Shown: in pieces, positions 12,681-27,372 of the stretch | Layout: the number at the start of each line of letters is the position of its first letter | Position numbering within the stretch: the first letter of the stretch is position 1 | From: Chrysomallon squamiferum | Lineage: Eukaryota; Animalia; Mollusca | Direction of reading: 5' to 3' | DNA: 64,000 nt | Assembly: GCA_012295275.1 (NCBI GenBank) | Contig: CM022670.1 | Location: 23,374,001-23,438,000, forward strand | Position numbers and translations under genes: made by a program | The notes under the pieces: generated by a model | Told to the model about the DNA's origin: nothing | The model's database searches: none | What the model saw: only the letters and a program-made list of their open reading frames with translations

Positions 12681-13479
12681 CAAAGATGATTCTTATTTAG
12701 AGCCATGTTTAAATGAATTTATTTTGCATTAGTGTACATATCTTATCAGCTGCGCTTTGTTCAAGCTTCAAAGAGTTCCACATCAGACAGTGCTGAACTA
12801 TTTGACAGTTTTCATACATTACTGAACTGAAGATTAGGAAACTATTTGAGATGCAGGTGTACCTAGTAATGTTCAGTTTCAAATAAATAAACTGCGTTGT
12901 GAAATTAAGGTAATGTTATATAAAACCTATTAAAAGTTATAAATATTACGGTTAGCTGGCAGCAGAGACAGAATTCTAAGTCAGTTTATTCGACTGTTCA
13001 TCAAACACTGGTGATTATTCGAGAACTCTGGAGTATATATTCTGATAAACTGAGAAGTTTTATTGCATACATACACTTTCATTGCCATTATTTTTCTGTA
13101 CGCCATTGTATTTTATGAAGCGCGACCAGAAACCAGACTCCTTGGTTAATTGGGTTTGGCCCGAGTTTCAAAAAAAGCGGATCGTATCAGAGGATAATCT
13201 TGTTCTTTGATATAATAATTTATGGTTTCGGAGAAGGATCTAAATGTTTTTTTTATATGACCTATGACGAGGTGTATTTCTTAAGAGTCTAAAAATGTTC
13301 AGATTGATAGTAAGTTAGGGAGTGTTTTTTGTAGTCAGACAAGACGTAACACGTATTAGAGGAAATGCTCACTGATGTGTCGCTGACGTCGTGTAATTAC
13401 TGACTACAGCTATCGCCGTTCACGTCGGTGTTGCTTTTATTAGTTTTACTAATCGCAATAATAATCATAGATGTATATA

Positions 13480-13800
13480 ACAGCAGCATCAGCAGTAATG
13501 GGAGTAGTAATAACATTAGCAGCAGCAGCAGTAGTAATAGTAGTAGTTGTACCACCAATAGTAATAGTTTTTAATAGTGGCAGTAGTATAGTAGTAATGG
13601 CAATGGTAACAATAATTGTAGCTGTTGTAATAATAATAGCTGACGTAATAGTAGGAGTATCAGTATCAGTAATAGAGTAGTAATAGTAATAGCTGTAGTG
13701 GTCGTTGTTGTTGTCTTGTAATAGTAGTAGTTGCAGCTGTAGTAGTAGTGGGTGAGGCGACAACAGGATTCATAACAGTAATAACAGTAGTAATCGTTAA
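13480..13800. repeat. Degenerate AGT/AGC/AAT trinucleotide low-complexity tract
   Basis: agcagcagcagtagtaatagtagtag-type sequence. Confidence 0.8.
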
Positions 13801-14811
13801 TATCTTTTAATTTTGTCTCGGCAACATTATTTAGACCTAATAATAAAAACATGATAAACGATATTCCCACTTCATAACGTTAGAGAGGAGTTAACACACG
13901 AAACAAATTTAAATTAATTATAATTGTCAAAATGAAATGACACGCTGTTACACATTATGATATAAATTTATGCACAAAGTCGTGGCGCTGGAGAAATATA
14001 GATGAGGATGAACAAATAAGTGTCGATCAACACCTGGATTCCAGTCTTCATAACCCGATGATTGATGCGACCATAAATCAGCTGTCAGATCTGCGAGAAA
14101 TATCGAAGCTTTTTCCATTTCCCACATCATCGATAAGGAGCAGAAATGCAAACAAGGGTAATAGGTTCTTTCTGAAATGAAGGGTTTCTGCTCAAACGAT
14201 TCAATGGCTTAAGACAAAATCAAAGACGTTCTGATGACAGATCACCGATTGGCCGATAATTGCATGAACAAGAACTGAATTTTTTTTTTTTTCTTCCTTT
14301 CCCAAATTGAATTTAGTTTGTATACTGGATCAGCCATATAGATTTACTATTGAAAAGTTTACCAACCGTGAGTCTTTTTTTTATTTTTTTTATTTTGTTT
14401 AATTACATTTTATTTGTATTTATTTATTTCATTTTATTTTGGTGTTTATCTTAATAGATCTTGTTAACAGAAAATAAAATCTAGTGACATTTCTGCAGGA
14501 AGAGACTGAACAGTGTTGAACCGATTTGGAAACGCTTGTTTTGCCGCTGAAGCAAACGTTTAGCTTTTGGACTCAGTCTTATATGACTTGGAACATCTCT
14601 TCGATATAGAGGGAAGATTAACTGAGTTGTCATTTAGAAGAGAGATAATTTAATTTAATGAATAAGTCCAGAGCAAAACAAAATAATAAATATAAATTTT
14701 TATTTTATTTTTGTTATTAATTAATTGAAAATAAAGTAAAATAAAGGAAAAAGAAAAGAAAAAAGAAAGAAAGAAAGAACGAAGGAAAAAAAAGAGATCA
14801 GTTAAAATACA

Positions 14812-14842
<31 letters not shown>

Positions 14843-17800
14843 TTAATAAACCCACAAAAAACCACACCAAACCGAATAATTATTTACTGTTGAGTCTTTC
14901 ATTCATATTTTTTTTTTTTACAGCTATAAAATATCTACATATATGCGTATTTTATCTTCTTTATAAAATATTTCATTTAGCCAAAACTACCATGTTCTGT
15001 TCTAACGAAACTGCAAACATCGTCCAACCTGAGAATATTTGAGAATCTATTCTTTGTATATGTACGACCATGTGCAACTTACACAGATTTATATAGTGAA
15101 AGAATTTAAGTACAACTTAAACTCAACTATTTCTAATGACGAAAACCTTCGAAGTATTTGATGTTTTACCGTACTGAATTTTTTTTTTCTTTCTTCTTCT
15201 TCTTCTTCTTCTTCTTCTATTTTTTTTTATTTAACTCTAGAAATTATTGGAGAAATGTATAATTTAAAAATCTAAATTTGGCGCTGAAATGCATTAAAAT
15301 ACCAGTCGTGTGAAATCGACTGAAATAATTAGTGTCTTTACGCTGCAACAGCGGAGAGAGCATGACATATTTGACTGGCAGCCCGACAAGGATTTGACAG
15401 GCGGCGCAAATGACCAGCTCTAATGTTCACGACAGACAAAAGACATCAAATCTTTACTTCTGAAAGCATCTTTATTCTGGCTGGTGGATGTCGCCATTTC
15501 AATTAATTGTCTATTAATAGATGCTTATGACTCAAACTATCTTCGCCTGCTATGACCTCCATCTGTTGCTAAAACAAGAGGGTGCTAGTTCAAGTGGATT
15601 TGAATTAAAATTTCGTCTCATAAAATAGTTAATTGTAGCAATAGTATTCAGTGGTTATGTGGTTTGTAAACAAAAAACCGCCGTTTATGTATTCGTTGAT
15701 ATGCGTGTAAATAATGTAAATTTATATTACTGTAAAATGGCCAGCGATGATTTATTTCAAAACATTTATTAAAAAATTAATTAAATAATACTCAGAAATA
15801 AAAATAAAATATTAACAGTAATCCAATGTATATTAATTTAAAGACTAAACAATGATGATCATTTTTTTAATTTTATTTTTATTATTTTTATTTTTATTTA
15901 TTTTTTTAAATTTTTATTTATTATTTTTTGCACACAAACGATATTTATATATATAAAAGTTTTGTTGTTGGTTTTTTAGTTGTCATACGTCGGTTTAAGC
16001 AGACAGTTTTTATAATTTTAAAAAGTTGTACTTAAGGTCATGTTCTTCTAACGATTTTTATTCAAGCTCAAAAGATATCCGACTGCGGCTAACTTTTCAA
16101 ACTTTAGTGCATAGATAGCCTTATTTGTTTTTTGTTTTGTTTTTTTACTTTGTCACAGACTTTCATCAGTATCCTGGCGTCCATTACCCGTTTAGGTAAG
16201 TTTATGTTCATTACAATCGCGCCCCCTATCCTACTGTTGTGTCTTTGTCTAGAGAGTTTAACGTGATGAGTTCATACAACGAGAAACCTTTACAGGAGTT
16301 TAATTAATATAAATTACTTGCTAAGTCTATCCAACAAGGAGATGAACATTTAGAGTGCTTCTCTTACACGTCTTGCAAGCAAGTGCTTCCGACTTTAATC
16401 AAGTACACCTCGAGATGCTTCTGCCAGTTATTCGGTTTGTCACTGGAGCCGTCTTTGTTCCGTCTTACATTTTCATCAAGCTCTATCATTTGTATGCAAG
16501 GCCAAACTCTCGCAATAAGATCCTGAAATTACTTCCAATGTGGCGACCCTTCAAGTAATAAAGACGCAATTAAAGGTCTCACAAACTCACTGCATCTTGT
16601 GCCTCTTGGGGGTCATTAGAGGTGGACGAGAACGGCTCTAGATTGGATGGTGTTAGGCGATGCGCCAAAGTTTGGAAAGGAATTTTCACCGCGCTTTGTT
16701 TTAAAAATAAAAAAAAAGTAGTGCCGTCAACTGCATTCGCAGGTGGCGTTGTAATGATGGGCGTGATGGTCTGGAAATCAAACAGCTTTTTCATCAGAAA
16801 GGTGGGGAGAGTAATGCGTTATAAAAATGGGGGCTGGTAATGAATGTCACCAAACAACCCTTGAGGACTTCCTTCAACATAATTTCTTTGATCAGCGCAA
16901 AGTGAAATAAATAGTAAAGGAGATTAAGGAGACGAAAAGAAAACAAATGCGGAGACGGGTTTAATTAAGTTGACTACGTGAGGTTATGTTGTTCATTTAG
17001 GAATTCTTTTGTATTGCGTTTTAAATTTGCACTGTGGCAGTGCCTTGTGTTGATTCTTCAGAAAAACTAGCGAAAAATAAAATGTTTACTGAGGAAAATC
17101 ATTTCGACCTTTTATGTGTTCTTCCTATTAGGATTTCACATTGAATGACTGCTAAAAGTTCTTTAATATTTCAGTGTAAAATATTGAAGAACAATAAAAA
17201 AAAAAAATTAACAAAAGTTATAGGCCAGGCTTCCCAAAGACCAAACATTCACGAACATTAATTCTAGCGATAGTTTGCTGGTTTTCTGATTTGAATTATT
17301 CCAGAATTGACAAAAATTTAACATTCATGCTAAGTCGAAAATAACCACAAAATAGTGCTGCCTGTATTCCCAACATAGTCTTTATGATTAAAAAAACAAC
17401 AAACCCCGCCAAAAAAAACCCACCAATAATAAATAAACTTTTTATTATTATTATGTCTCTTTATCTATTAAATATAACTGTAAAATTTCTAAATAAATAT
17501 AAAAATAACATGTCAAATGTCTAAGAGTTTAAATAAATATGTTTCTAACATTCAGCTCACTTCCAAGGTTTGGTAGGACTAATTCTTCCACTTGAGGTGA
17601 CAACTGAAACCACAGACTGTTTGGTGATGAAAGAATAACAACTGTAATGGCTTTTTGTCTCTTTTCACGTCTGTTGTTAGTCCGAAGCCGAGTAACCTGT
17701 TTCAAAGCTTTAATGTAATGTGTGTAATGTTTGAACCCTGATGTTTTGTTTAATTATTTATTTATTATTATTGTTTTGTTTTATTTGAGGCTTTTTTAGT

Positions 17801-18385
17801 GAGTGAGTATTGTAGTTGCTTTTTTTGTGTGATGTTGTAAACATTATTGTCATAGTTGTAAATTTGGGGGTGTTTTTTTTTAATACTTTTCCTTACATTT
17901 AATGAGGAAAATTTCGTTCTTCAAATAAGTTTACTGATGTATACGAAGCTAGCCAGAAAACTAAATATTCGACAGACTTAAAAAGTTTTTTCAACTCTAA
18001 GAGCTATCATTTAACAGCTAAGTATTCTGACGCCTTGCGCTGAGAAATTTATTGAATTTCCCCAAATGACATACAAATAAAAACACTTTTATGTTTTTTA
18101 ATAGTTGACAAGATTTCCATTTTCACGGCAACCACAGTGTTTTTTCCAGATGTAAGTGTTAATAAAAAGGGTCTGCCTCGCCGGTTGTTAAGAAAATTTA
18201 ATTTTAAGTGATGATATTGATTTTTATTCTTTTTACTCTTCTTTTTAAGTGTTCTTTATTTTATTTTATTTTTTTCCCAAATGATGATGTTACGCTTATG
18301 CAGAAAAAAAAAAAAAAAAAAAAATTCTAATAAGATTTTTGTCTTTTGTGTGTTTCTTAAACTTTTTATAGCCTATTAAAATTGT

Positions 18386-18421
<36 letters not shown>

Positions 18422-21400
18422 AGTGGCTGAGGGGAGAAAATTAAAAACACTTTAGAGTTAAAATATTATTTTGTGAAGATAATTAAAACCTATTGCAGTT
18501 TGCTTGGAAACATGTTAATAGAAAATGCATTGTTTTAAAGTGGCACCGCAAAGGAATTAACATTCAGATTTGTAGAGTTACTGGCAGACATTTTGTTGTT
18601 GTTTATCATAAAAGTAAAATTTATCAAAATTGTTTTGGTTTTTTTTGTTGTTGTTTTTCAGGTTATTAGAAAACAGTATGTAAAAAATAACGTTTAAAAT
18701 ATACTTCAGTCCTTGTAATTTTTTTTTCCTTTTCACATTTGTCTCTCAGAAAGACTTGACAATATTTAAAGACTTGTCTTGTATACGAAATATTAGGAAA
18801 TTGTAATAAATATAATTTTTACAAGATGACAGATTAAAAAAAAACAAATTTATATATATATATATGCACTCATACATATCTTCGGATATACGTATATACA
18901 GACACAAACACAAATACATACACATACGCATATATGTATACATGCACACATACCCAAACATATATACAGACATACATTCTTTACCTAGAGAATTTCAAGT
19001 GTTATTTCACATACTATTGACGTTTTTTAAGTAAATCTTAGTCTGATAAAATGAATACGCATACACGATCTCTGTCTTTCTTAAGAAATATAATTTATAA
19101 CGAAACTCCAGTGCTATAATCATCACTAAACAAACATGCTGTATTTTGCGGTGGTGGTTCTGTTTTTCCCATCTGCCCATTTCAGTAGGAAGACTTGAAA
19201 TTCTTAAGCGCTGGAAATGCGTTCATTTCTTGGCGTATTACTAACAAGGAATTTACGATCATCAAGAACGTACGAACTTAACTGGTCCCAATTATCTGAT
19301 CACGTCGTGTCGAGGCTTCGCGTCTCAGGGCTCACTTTGAAGGTGAGTGGAAGTGACGCAGGGGGAAGTCTTCAGTCCTGAAATCATAATTTACCTGTCA
19401 GATCGGCTTGTGCCGGATGAAGACAACCTTCAGACCGTTTGAAGTCTTTATTTGTCTTGAATCAGAGTACTTAGTTCTTCTCTTCTTTTTTTTTTCTTTC
19501 TTTCTTTCATTGTCTTTCTTTCATTGTCTTTCTTTTTATTTTTTATTATTTTATTTCATTTTATTTTATTATTATTTTTATTTTTTTATTTTTTTGACAG
19601 TTGCCAGAAATACGATCTAACAAAATTAGATTGCTGCTGAAAAAGAAAGAGAAATCGCAGAATTTTTTTTTTTTTTTTTTTAAGATTGTGTTCAGTTATT
19701 CTCAAGAAAAGTGATTGCTAAAAACATCGTCGCCTTCATTGTAGATGCAAACGTACAAAATGTGGTGAATTTTTAAAACAGTCTTTTAACTTTTAGTTTA
19801 CGTAAACAAATACTGTAATATTTATCATCTTTTGAAGCAAACTATTCTACGTACAAGAAATTCTTTGAATTAAAAGAAACTAGTGCAATAATTTTAAACC
19901 TAAAATTTTATTAAAAAAAAAAAATAGTTGAACAAAAATATCGATATACAATATTTCAGTTACACAGAAAAAAAAAAAATATTTTGTAATGATTGTCTGT
20001 ATAAAAAAAAAAAAAAAATATATACTTTATTATTACCAACGATTTGTCATCAGTTAAATTAAAAAATAACTTGTAAGAATACGAAATGTATTTGTTCCAT
20101 CTCTGTTTTATAGTTAATGATATTCTTTATATTTTTCACCGTGGCTTTTGGTTAAGAAAAATGGACATACGATTTTCAGTATTACGGTTGTTGTTCTTTC
20201 TGTTTATTTGTTTACGTTGTTATTATTAACAGTTTCTACTCTTGTCCATTACAACCATCGTATCGACAATGATGGTCACCATTATGACCCAGTTAGCAGA
20301 CTGTACCAATCTAACTACTTTGTCAATCCTGCCCGCAGCCACTGAAAGGGCCAGCCAGAAGAAAAGCTGAACTCTGGACCATTTGCCGTTCTGAGTGACA
20401 GGAGCATCTAGCTCTTTTTGTTCGTTCTGACAACACGCTGATTGATTCTAGTCTTCCCAGAGGAACGAAGGGTCAGGGCGGTCTCTCCATGTTCGATCCT
20501 TGGCGAGGTCACACGTTTCTTAACCCGAACCCCCGCCATGCCAACACCTACGATCCTGTTATGAATGCAAAATAGATCGATCACTTCATTATCGCGCAAA
20601 TCTAATTATGTAATTTGCTAATTAGTACGCTCGTCCTCCTCCTGTAACGAGGCAAAGCAGTGTTGTTTGAAAAGTAGTGATGGAGACGTCGACATGGTAG
20701 TAATAGTAATTTTAGCAATCGTTGTAGAAGGAGAAGGAGTAGTAGTAGTGGTAGTAATAGTTATGACAGTTATAAAAATTGCAATACTGGAATGGTAATA
20801 GAAGGATCAGTTACAGAATTAGTAGTAGTAGACGAGGTGGAACAATATTAATTTATTTCTTTATAGTGTTATCGATATTTTAATCAAAATCATTAATGCA
20901 AATATTAATTCAGAAAAAAAAAATCAAACGGCCTGGGCATGACTAGCACGTTTCTTTTTCTTCTTTTCTGTTTCTCTGCAGCTCACGATGGAGCAAAGGT
21001 TGTTTGCACTTTGTTTCTTCATAAAAATGTTTCTGTGCGAGAGAGCTCAGCGGCTTACGTATCAAAGCACTAAACTGAACAACTGACACAGAGTCACGCT
21101 TTTGAAGGAAAAACAAAATTACCAACAGCCATGGAACGAAATTCAAAATACAGCATACAATATGTTTTTAGCTGAAAACGATTCAATTTTTCGTTTTTTT
21201 TCAGAGCTGTGTAATTATTTTCTTCAATGCCTGAGATGAAAAAAAAAAAAAAAAAAAAAAAAGAAAGTTAAGCCGTGATGTTAAATGAAAATATTTTTTA
21301 TTTTTTATTTATTAATTTATTCTTTATTTCTACTATAAATCGGGTTTATTTTTGTTAAAACTGAAAGTGTATGGCATTTATAGCAGTAGTGGTAGCTGCA

Positions 21401-21644
21401 GAGGAAATAGCTGTAGTAGAAAAATCAATAATAGCTGAGGTAGTAGTGGTTGGAGAAGAAGTATTTGAAATAGTAATAGGGGTAATAGTAACTGTTGTTG
21501 TTGTTTTTGTTGTATATGATGTGGTAACTGCATTTTTCTTTCTTGTCAGAACGTTAATAGAATCGTTTAACAGACGCAATACTTCTGGACTTTGCATTAT
21601 TTAGCAAAGTGGTTTAACAAAGTTACCAACTTGATATATTCCTC

Positions 21645-21895
21645 TTTAACGTCATCTTGAAAAATTCAACAAAGATAATTAGGCAATACGATTTAATTGG
21701 AGTGGGACAAAAAAGTCGTATTCCCTTTCACAGGCACTGAGGGTCTATCTAACACACTTACTGATGTAATTTATTCTCATTTCAGTGTTCTAATGCAATC
21801 TTCAAATAACCGACAAAGACAATTAGGCAATATGATATAATTGGAGAGAACAAAACACAGCCCTTTTCCCCAAGCTCTGGAGATCTATCTAAAGG
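21645..21895. repeat. Diverged two-copy direct repeat, period about 144 bp
   Basis: acaaagataattaggcaatacgatttaattggag..tctatctaa at 21669 versus acaaagacaattaggcaatatgatataattggag..tctatctaa at 21813. Confidence 0.8.
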
Positions 21896-22924
21896 ACTCT
21901 TTAGTTTCAGTGACTGACATTTTAATTTCAAACTCCCACAATGCCAGTTGTGGACAAAACATTCTGCTCATTGAATGAAATGTTTGCTCTCATTGTTTCG
22001 GCCATGTTCTTTGATTTTGTCATGAAAACATTGGAACACGTCATTTCTTGGGAAGCTCTTTAAGCATGCTGGTATAGCAGGATTTGCCGAAGCTTAATTA
22101 ATTTTTCAGAGATGGTAATTACAGTTCACAAGATGTCATGTTCAGAAAATGAAATTAATTACTTCATAGTGATGGGGAAAATCCTCAAATTAAGCACGCT
22201 TCGTTCTGACGCGGCCATTACCACCAGGAGATGTAGCAGTGATTTTCATTTAATTCAGTGTAATATTATATTATTAACAATTAAAAAAAGGTATCTATAT
22301 TCGTGATAAAAACAAACTCCCTTGGTGCTTTCAGAGATCCTTTCAGCCAGCTGTTATTTTCTTGTGCATCCCGCTGAATGTGTTCTTCAAGCCAGTTCAG
22401 ATTCGATTTAATACATCAAAAAAAAAAAAAAAAAATCTACTCACGTTTTACTAAAAAGACAAATATGGATAAAGTTATGGTTGTTGCAAAGTAACGATGT
22501 GATTATGTGAAACAACAGCTGCATTTATCTAATAACTGTCATATAATAACCTTATTTTAGTCACCGAGTATTTTCTAAAATATTTGACATCGAAACGTCA
22601 ATAGATAAAAATGTGTTAATTTTGTTGTTTTCTTCTTGTTATAACTTGATTTGATCTGGCTTCGTTTAATTGTTGTTACTGTTTTGTTGTTGCTCTTTAT
22701 AATATTGTCAAAGAAATGGCAAATTCTTCAATTAAATATTCACTCTTTTAACCTAGAAAGTCTACCCACTCTCAACGTGGTTCTAAACAAATTTATGTGC
22801 ACTTTATTCATTCCTTGAAATAAAAGAAAAAATAACAAAAGACGAAATTACTGAAGGCTCTTGTTTTTCAAAAACCACCACCTGCAGATAATTGCACACG
22901 TGCTCTTCACACACATAAAATACA

Positions 22925-22972
<48 letters not shown>
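22925..22972. repeat. (AAT)n microsatellite
   Basis: Pure aat run. Confidence 0.95.
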
Positions 22973-22975
<3 letters not shown>

Positions 22976-25900
22976 AAGAAAATAATTATAACTGCAGCTC
23001 CTCCTACTTTAATGGTCACAAATTTTATAGATGAACCGAAAACCCGTGGATGTGTATTTACCAACCACCCGCTGAAGTTAATTAAACACTGATACATTTT
23101 TTTTATCTGCATTAAAATTAAATCCCGCAGCTCTGTCGCTTTTCTTTTCTACGACCAGCTCTAATGTTCTAATTTCTCAAGTATTCTTAAGAGTCATCTA
23201 GAAGGCCATTATAATACATCATGCTATAAGCTTCCTAATTCCGAATCTTTAAAAAAGTGCAAAAGCTACAGTGTAAGCCATATTGATTTTTGTTGTTCCA
23301 AATTGATTCACGTAACGAAACAAAAAATATATGTGACAGGAACAAATCCAAGCATTACGGAATGAAACTCGTTTATAGCACTTCTCAAAAGTATTTTTCT
23401 GCGACATGGAATATAATCAGCTACGTTGTCAAGATTATATTTCTTTGTGCTTTTTTTTTTGTATTTATATCTAGTTGTGTTTAGATTTAGGAGTTTATAA
23501 TCATCTTCATCACCATCATTATTATCATTATTATCGTTATCATCATGATTATCATCCCCAAAACATCATGATGATGGTCATGATCATCATTATAATAATA
23601 ATAGTTATTAGTGTTGTTGCTGTTATTCTTGTTGTTATTTTGTTCTTGTTTATTACTGTTATTTATTTATTTATTATATTCATTTATTTTGTTTTGTTTG
23701 TTTTGTTTTATTATGGTTTTGGCATTAATTTGTTTTGTTTTTGTTGTTTGTTGTTTTTCGTGCAGTTGTTTTTATATCATTTTTTTTTTTTATTATCATT
23801 TTAGTTTTATGAGTATAATTCATATTCAGTATTAATATGGATGCATATTCTGCTCTAGACTTTTATTTTATTTATTTTTATTTTCTTCGCCTTTTCTTTT
23901 TGAAAATTCATTATAACAAAATTAATTAAAATAATACTTTTTCAGCAAAACTGTATCTGCCATCGTTTAGGAAAATGAATAATCTGTCTGCACATTAAAC
24001 ATTAATTTCAAACGAACTCTGCGTACTCCAAAACAAACCATTTCAGGAGTTATGAGCGCCACAGAGATCTCCTTTCTTCTGGTATTTCAAATCATGACAG
24101 TAATGTCTTCTTTCAATGGAATCTTTTGAATCCAGTTGAGTATCGTTGACAAGGCCTGTCATGAATTCCATGCAAAATGATATTTACTGAGAAAATCCCC
24201 GAATGCCGTCGCATATTCTGCTGCAGAGTCCCCTTTTGAAATGACGAGCTCTGTTGTAGCGACTTGACGCAACAGGCCCGAGACTATATCCAAAACGATG
24301 AGTCATGTACGTTAGCTGTGCATGGAAAGATATTGACGGCTAATTAAAAGCCAGACTGGGACCATATAGAACAAACCAGGAGGAAAATCTAGGATTGGAT
24401 TAGGGTTATTTCCGATTGGACACGAGCTGTACGTGTTAGCACTTCTTGTCACCCGACATTACTTGCTGTCAGACTAATACGCCGTGATGACATTCACTCC
24501 GCGGATCACGGCCGAGCTTGGCTCGCTGCTCGACACTGATTTACTCGTGTAACCGTTTTTATGAGGAAGCTGTGATGGTCGCTTCTTCATCAGTGTTTAG
24601 TATCGAGACAAATGCTTTAATTCCGTGTCTGACTGCAGTGACTGGTTCATCTGTGTCAAATAGCTTCACGTCGGAGAACACTAGCTCCAACCTTATTAAA
24701 AAGTTTCGGAAACAATTTTAATGTGTTGAGAATCGATCTCGAGTAACATTATTAAAAATATGGCTGACTTCGAAAATGTATTCTGATTAGCTTATGCAAT
24801 TTCCGCAAAACCCAGTTAGTTATGAGTTATAATAGTTTTTAAAATATTATTTCCAAAATGAAAACAGAATTGATTACTGTCTCCTGTTCTAGGAATGTAA
24901 TACAACGTGTTCTAAAGACTAGAGTGAAAAAAAAAAGTAAACCTAATACATGTACTAACAAAGTATATAATAAAGTCATAGATGAAATTTAACCATTTTA
25001 TAACTATTATGGACTAGCACGTTACATTTAATAAATTCATAATCGAAACGTTTTAGCAGAATTCTTTTAGATTTTTAATTACATCTGGTTGGCTGTCAGG
25101 GCACAAATATTTATGTTACAATATTAGCTGGAGAAAGAAAACAGCCTCACTAATTAGTTTGATGGACACCACAGAGGCCAAGTTTTCTGAATATTGCGTG
25201 ATGATCCGACAGGTCTGGAAATTTAGTTTTCCGTTTGTTTACAGAGATGATATCTGAGAAATGTTGTTATTGTTAAAATTCCATTGCTTGGTAGATTAGT
25301 GTAAAATATAACTTATCATTTTTAAATTGAAAAACTTTGTATTATCCTGCTTCCACCTAAACAGTTTTTGATATTTTATTGCCCATCATTTACGTGAACA
25401 TATTTTTTTCAGTTTATATGCATCTTTCTTGCTTATATTCTTCGTTTGATTCTTGTTTTCGTCTTCGTTTTTAAAATGCGTTAATTGCTATATCCATGCT
25501 GTTATATTGTTCAAAGAAATTACATTATTCATTAACAAACTTAAAAAGGACATCAAATTTCATTATACAGAACTTCAGAAAATTGAAACCGAAAGAATAA
25601 TTTAATATATTCAGAACACTTTACTTTAAACTGTTTTATAAGCCAGCTACTTCTATAATAAACGAGCATACAGTATATATATTTTCAGCGACGTACATTT
25701 TACTATTTCTGGAGGATTTCTTCAGATTGTCGGTCACAGTATTAGCTGCAAGTTGCATATAATAACTAAGCAAGCTTTGGTTGCCTTCCAGAAGATCGTG
25801 TCCAATAATTAAATAACAAGCCTAATGAATTCAATTGAGTCCTAAAGCCATATATCTCCAGACATTGCTTGCATCGGTGATTTCGTTTGGACTCGGGCAA

Positions 25901-26529
25901 TACTCTGAAAGGTCTGGACTAACTTTAAAATAAGTCGAATTCAGAAACAGCAGTAGCCATGGAATCGCCTGTTGCTTTTAAAATTATTTTTTTCGTTGGA
26001 TAATACACAACATTAAATTGTCCAAAGAAAATCAGATTGACATAAAATTTCAATCTTGCGGCAGTCTCGGTACTGTTGGTTGAAAATGTTCATCGCTGTC
26101 AATAAAATAATAACACATGAATAAAATATTACTTTTAAATTTAATATCAGTTCTGTCAGTAGAAAGAATAATTAAATTGTATAAAAGTAATGACACATTT
26201 AAATTTGTTTGAAAAGGTAATGGGAGTTTTATTACACGATGAAACCAAATAACGTATTAAAAATATTGAGTTGATTTTCAGTTTGTCTGTAGATGCCTAA
26301 AACTGCGCTAACTTCAGATACTACAGAATATTGTCAAATTATTTATTTCTACACAGATTTAACTATATATTTATATTAAACATCGTATAATGATCAGAAA
26401 CCATTTTCATTTAAAGTAAAACAAATACTTAAAATTTGTGTTTTCAGGCTTAAAGACAATATTAATAATGATCATTAATTAATTAATTTTCTATTTATAA
26501 ATTAGAAGATTTTGAGTGATAGTGTGTGT

Positions 26530-26532
<3 letters not shown>

Positions 26533-26599
<67 letters not shown>
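26533..26599. repeat. (GA)n microsatellite
   Basis: Pure ga run. Confidence 0.95.
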
Positions 26600-26601
<2 letters not shown>

Positions 26602-27315
26602 CATTTTCTCGGTTTCAATTGTATTAGTGAAATATGTAAAATTTTAAGTTTACAACAGACATTGGTATGCTGAACAGGAAATTCCCCCTGCTCGTTACCA
26701 CCGACCACTTGTAAACATGACATGTTCGAGTGGCCCCCAGCCCGTTTCTAATTAGAAGACTTCGTTCGCGTTCGCTAATTCCGCCATGACCTTCAGTGAA
26801 CCTGCCGACACGTGACTCAACATGGCGGTTTACATAATGGAGCAGCGAAATTAGAAGGGACGGGTTATTGACTCTACTAACAATTGCTTGTTCATAAAAG
26901 TTGCAAAATTGTGTCACATTTCAAATGTCTTCCAGTGCTAATATTTGCACGGTGTTTTTGAATGTTTGAGCGAAATTTGCCAGCTGATCCTTTATGTTGT
27001 TTTTTGGGCGAAGCTTTTGAAAACTGGTTGTTGTCAATCTGTTTAACTCACAATACTGAACACGTTTATTAGATAGAGACTCGACTCGTCAATGCCAGCA
27101 AAAGGAGAATCGTCAGAAAACGACTTTTCTTTCTGAAGACAGAATGACAAGTATGCAAAGTTTGCACACATTCTTGATTGGCCAGTCTATAAAACCATTT
27201 CCGGAAGGTCGTTCTTAAAAATTCCTTTGAATAATGTTGGAATTTCATTTTTCTTTGGCTATGGATTTATTTTACTGTGATTGCTTAATATCAGTACAAA
27301 TTGAAATGAATGGAT

Positions 27316-27316
<1 letters not shown>

Positions 27317-27369
<53 letters not shown>
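27317..27369. repeat. (CT)n microsatellite
   Basis: Pure ct run. Confidence 0.95.

Positions 27370-27372
<3 letters not shown>

Noticed and set aside
11925-13870. Poly-Y, poly-L and poly-T ORFs
   Set aside because: They are translations of (TAG)n and related microsatellites.
20416-20435. TTTGTTCGTTC resembling the 5' end of miR-375
   Set aside because: The match stops after 11 nt and no precursor hairpin is evident.
20487-20512. tRNA T-arm or B-box-like CCATG-TTCGATC-CTTGG
   Set aside because: There is no A box, D arm or acceptor stem upstream. At most it is a decayed SINE fragment.
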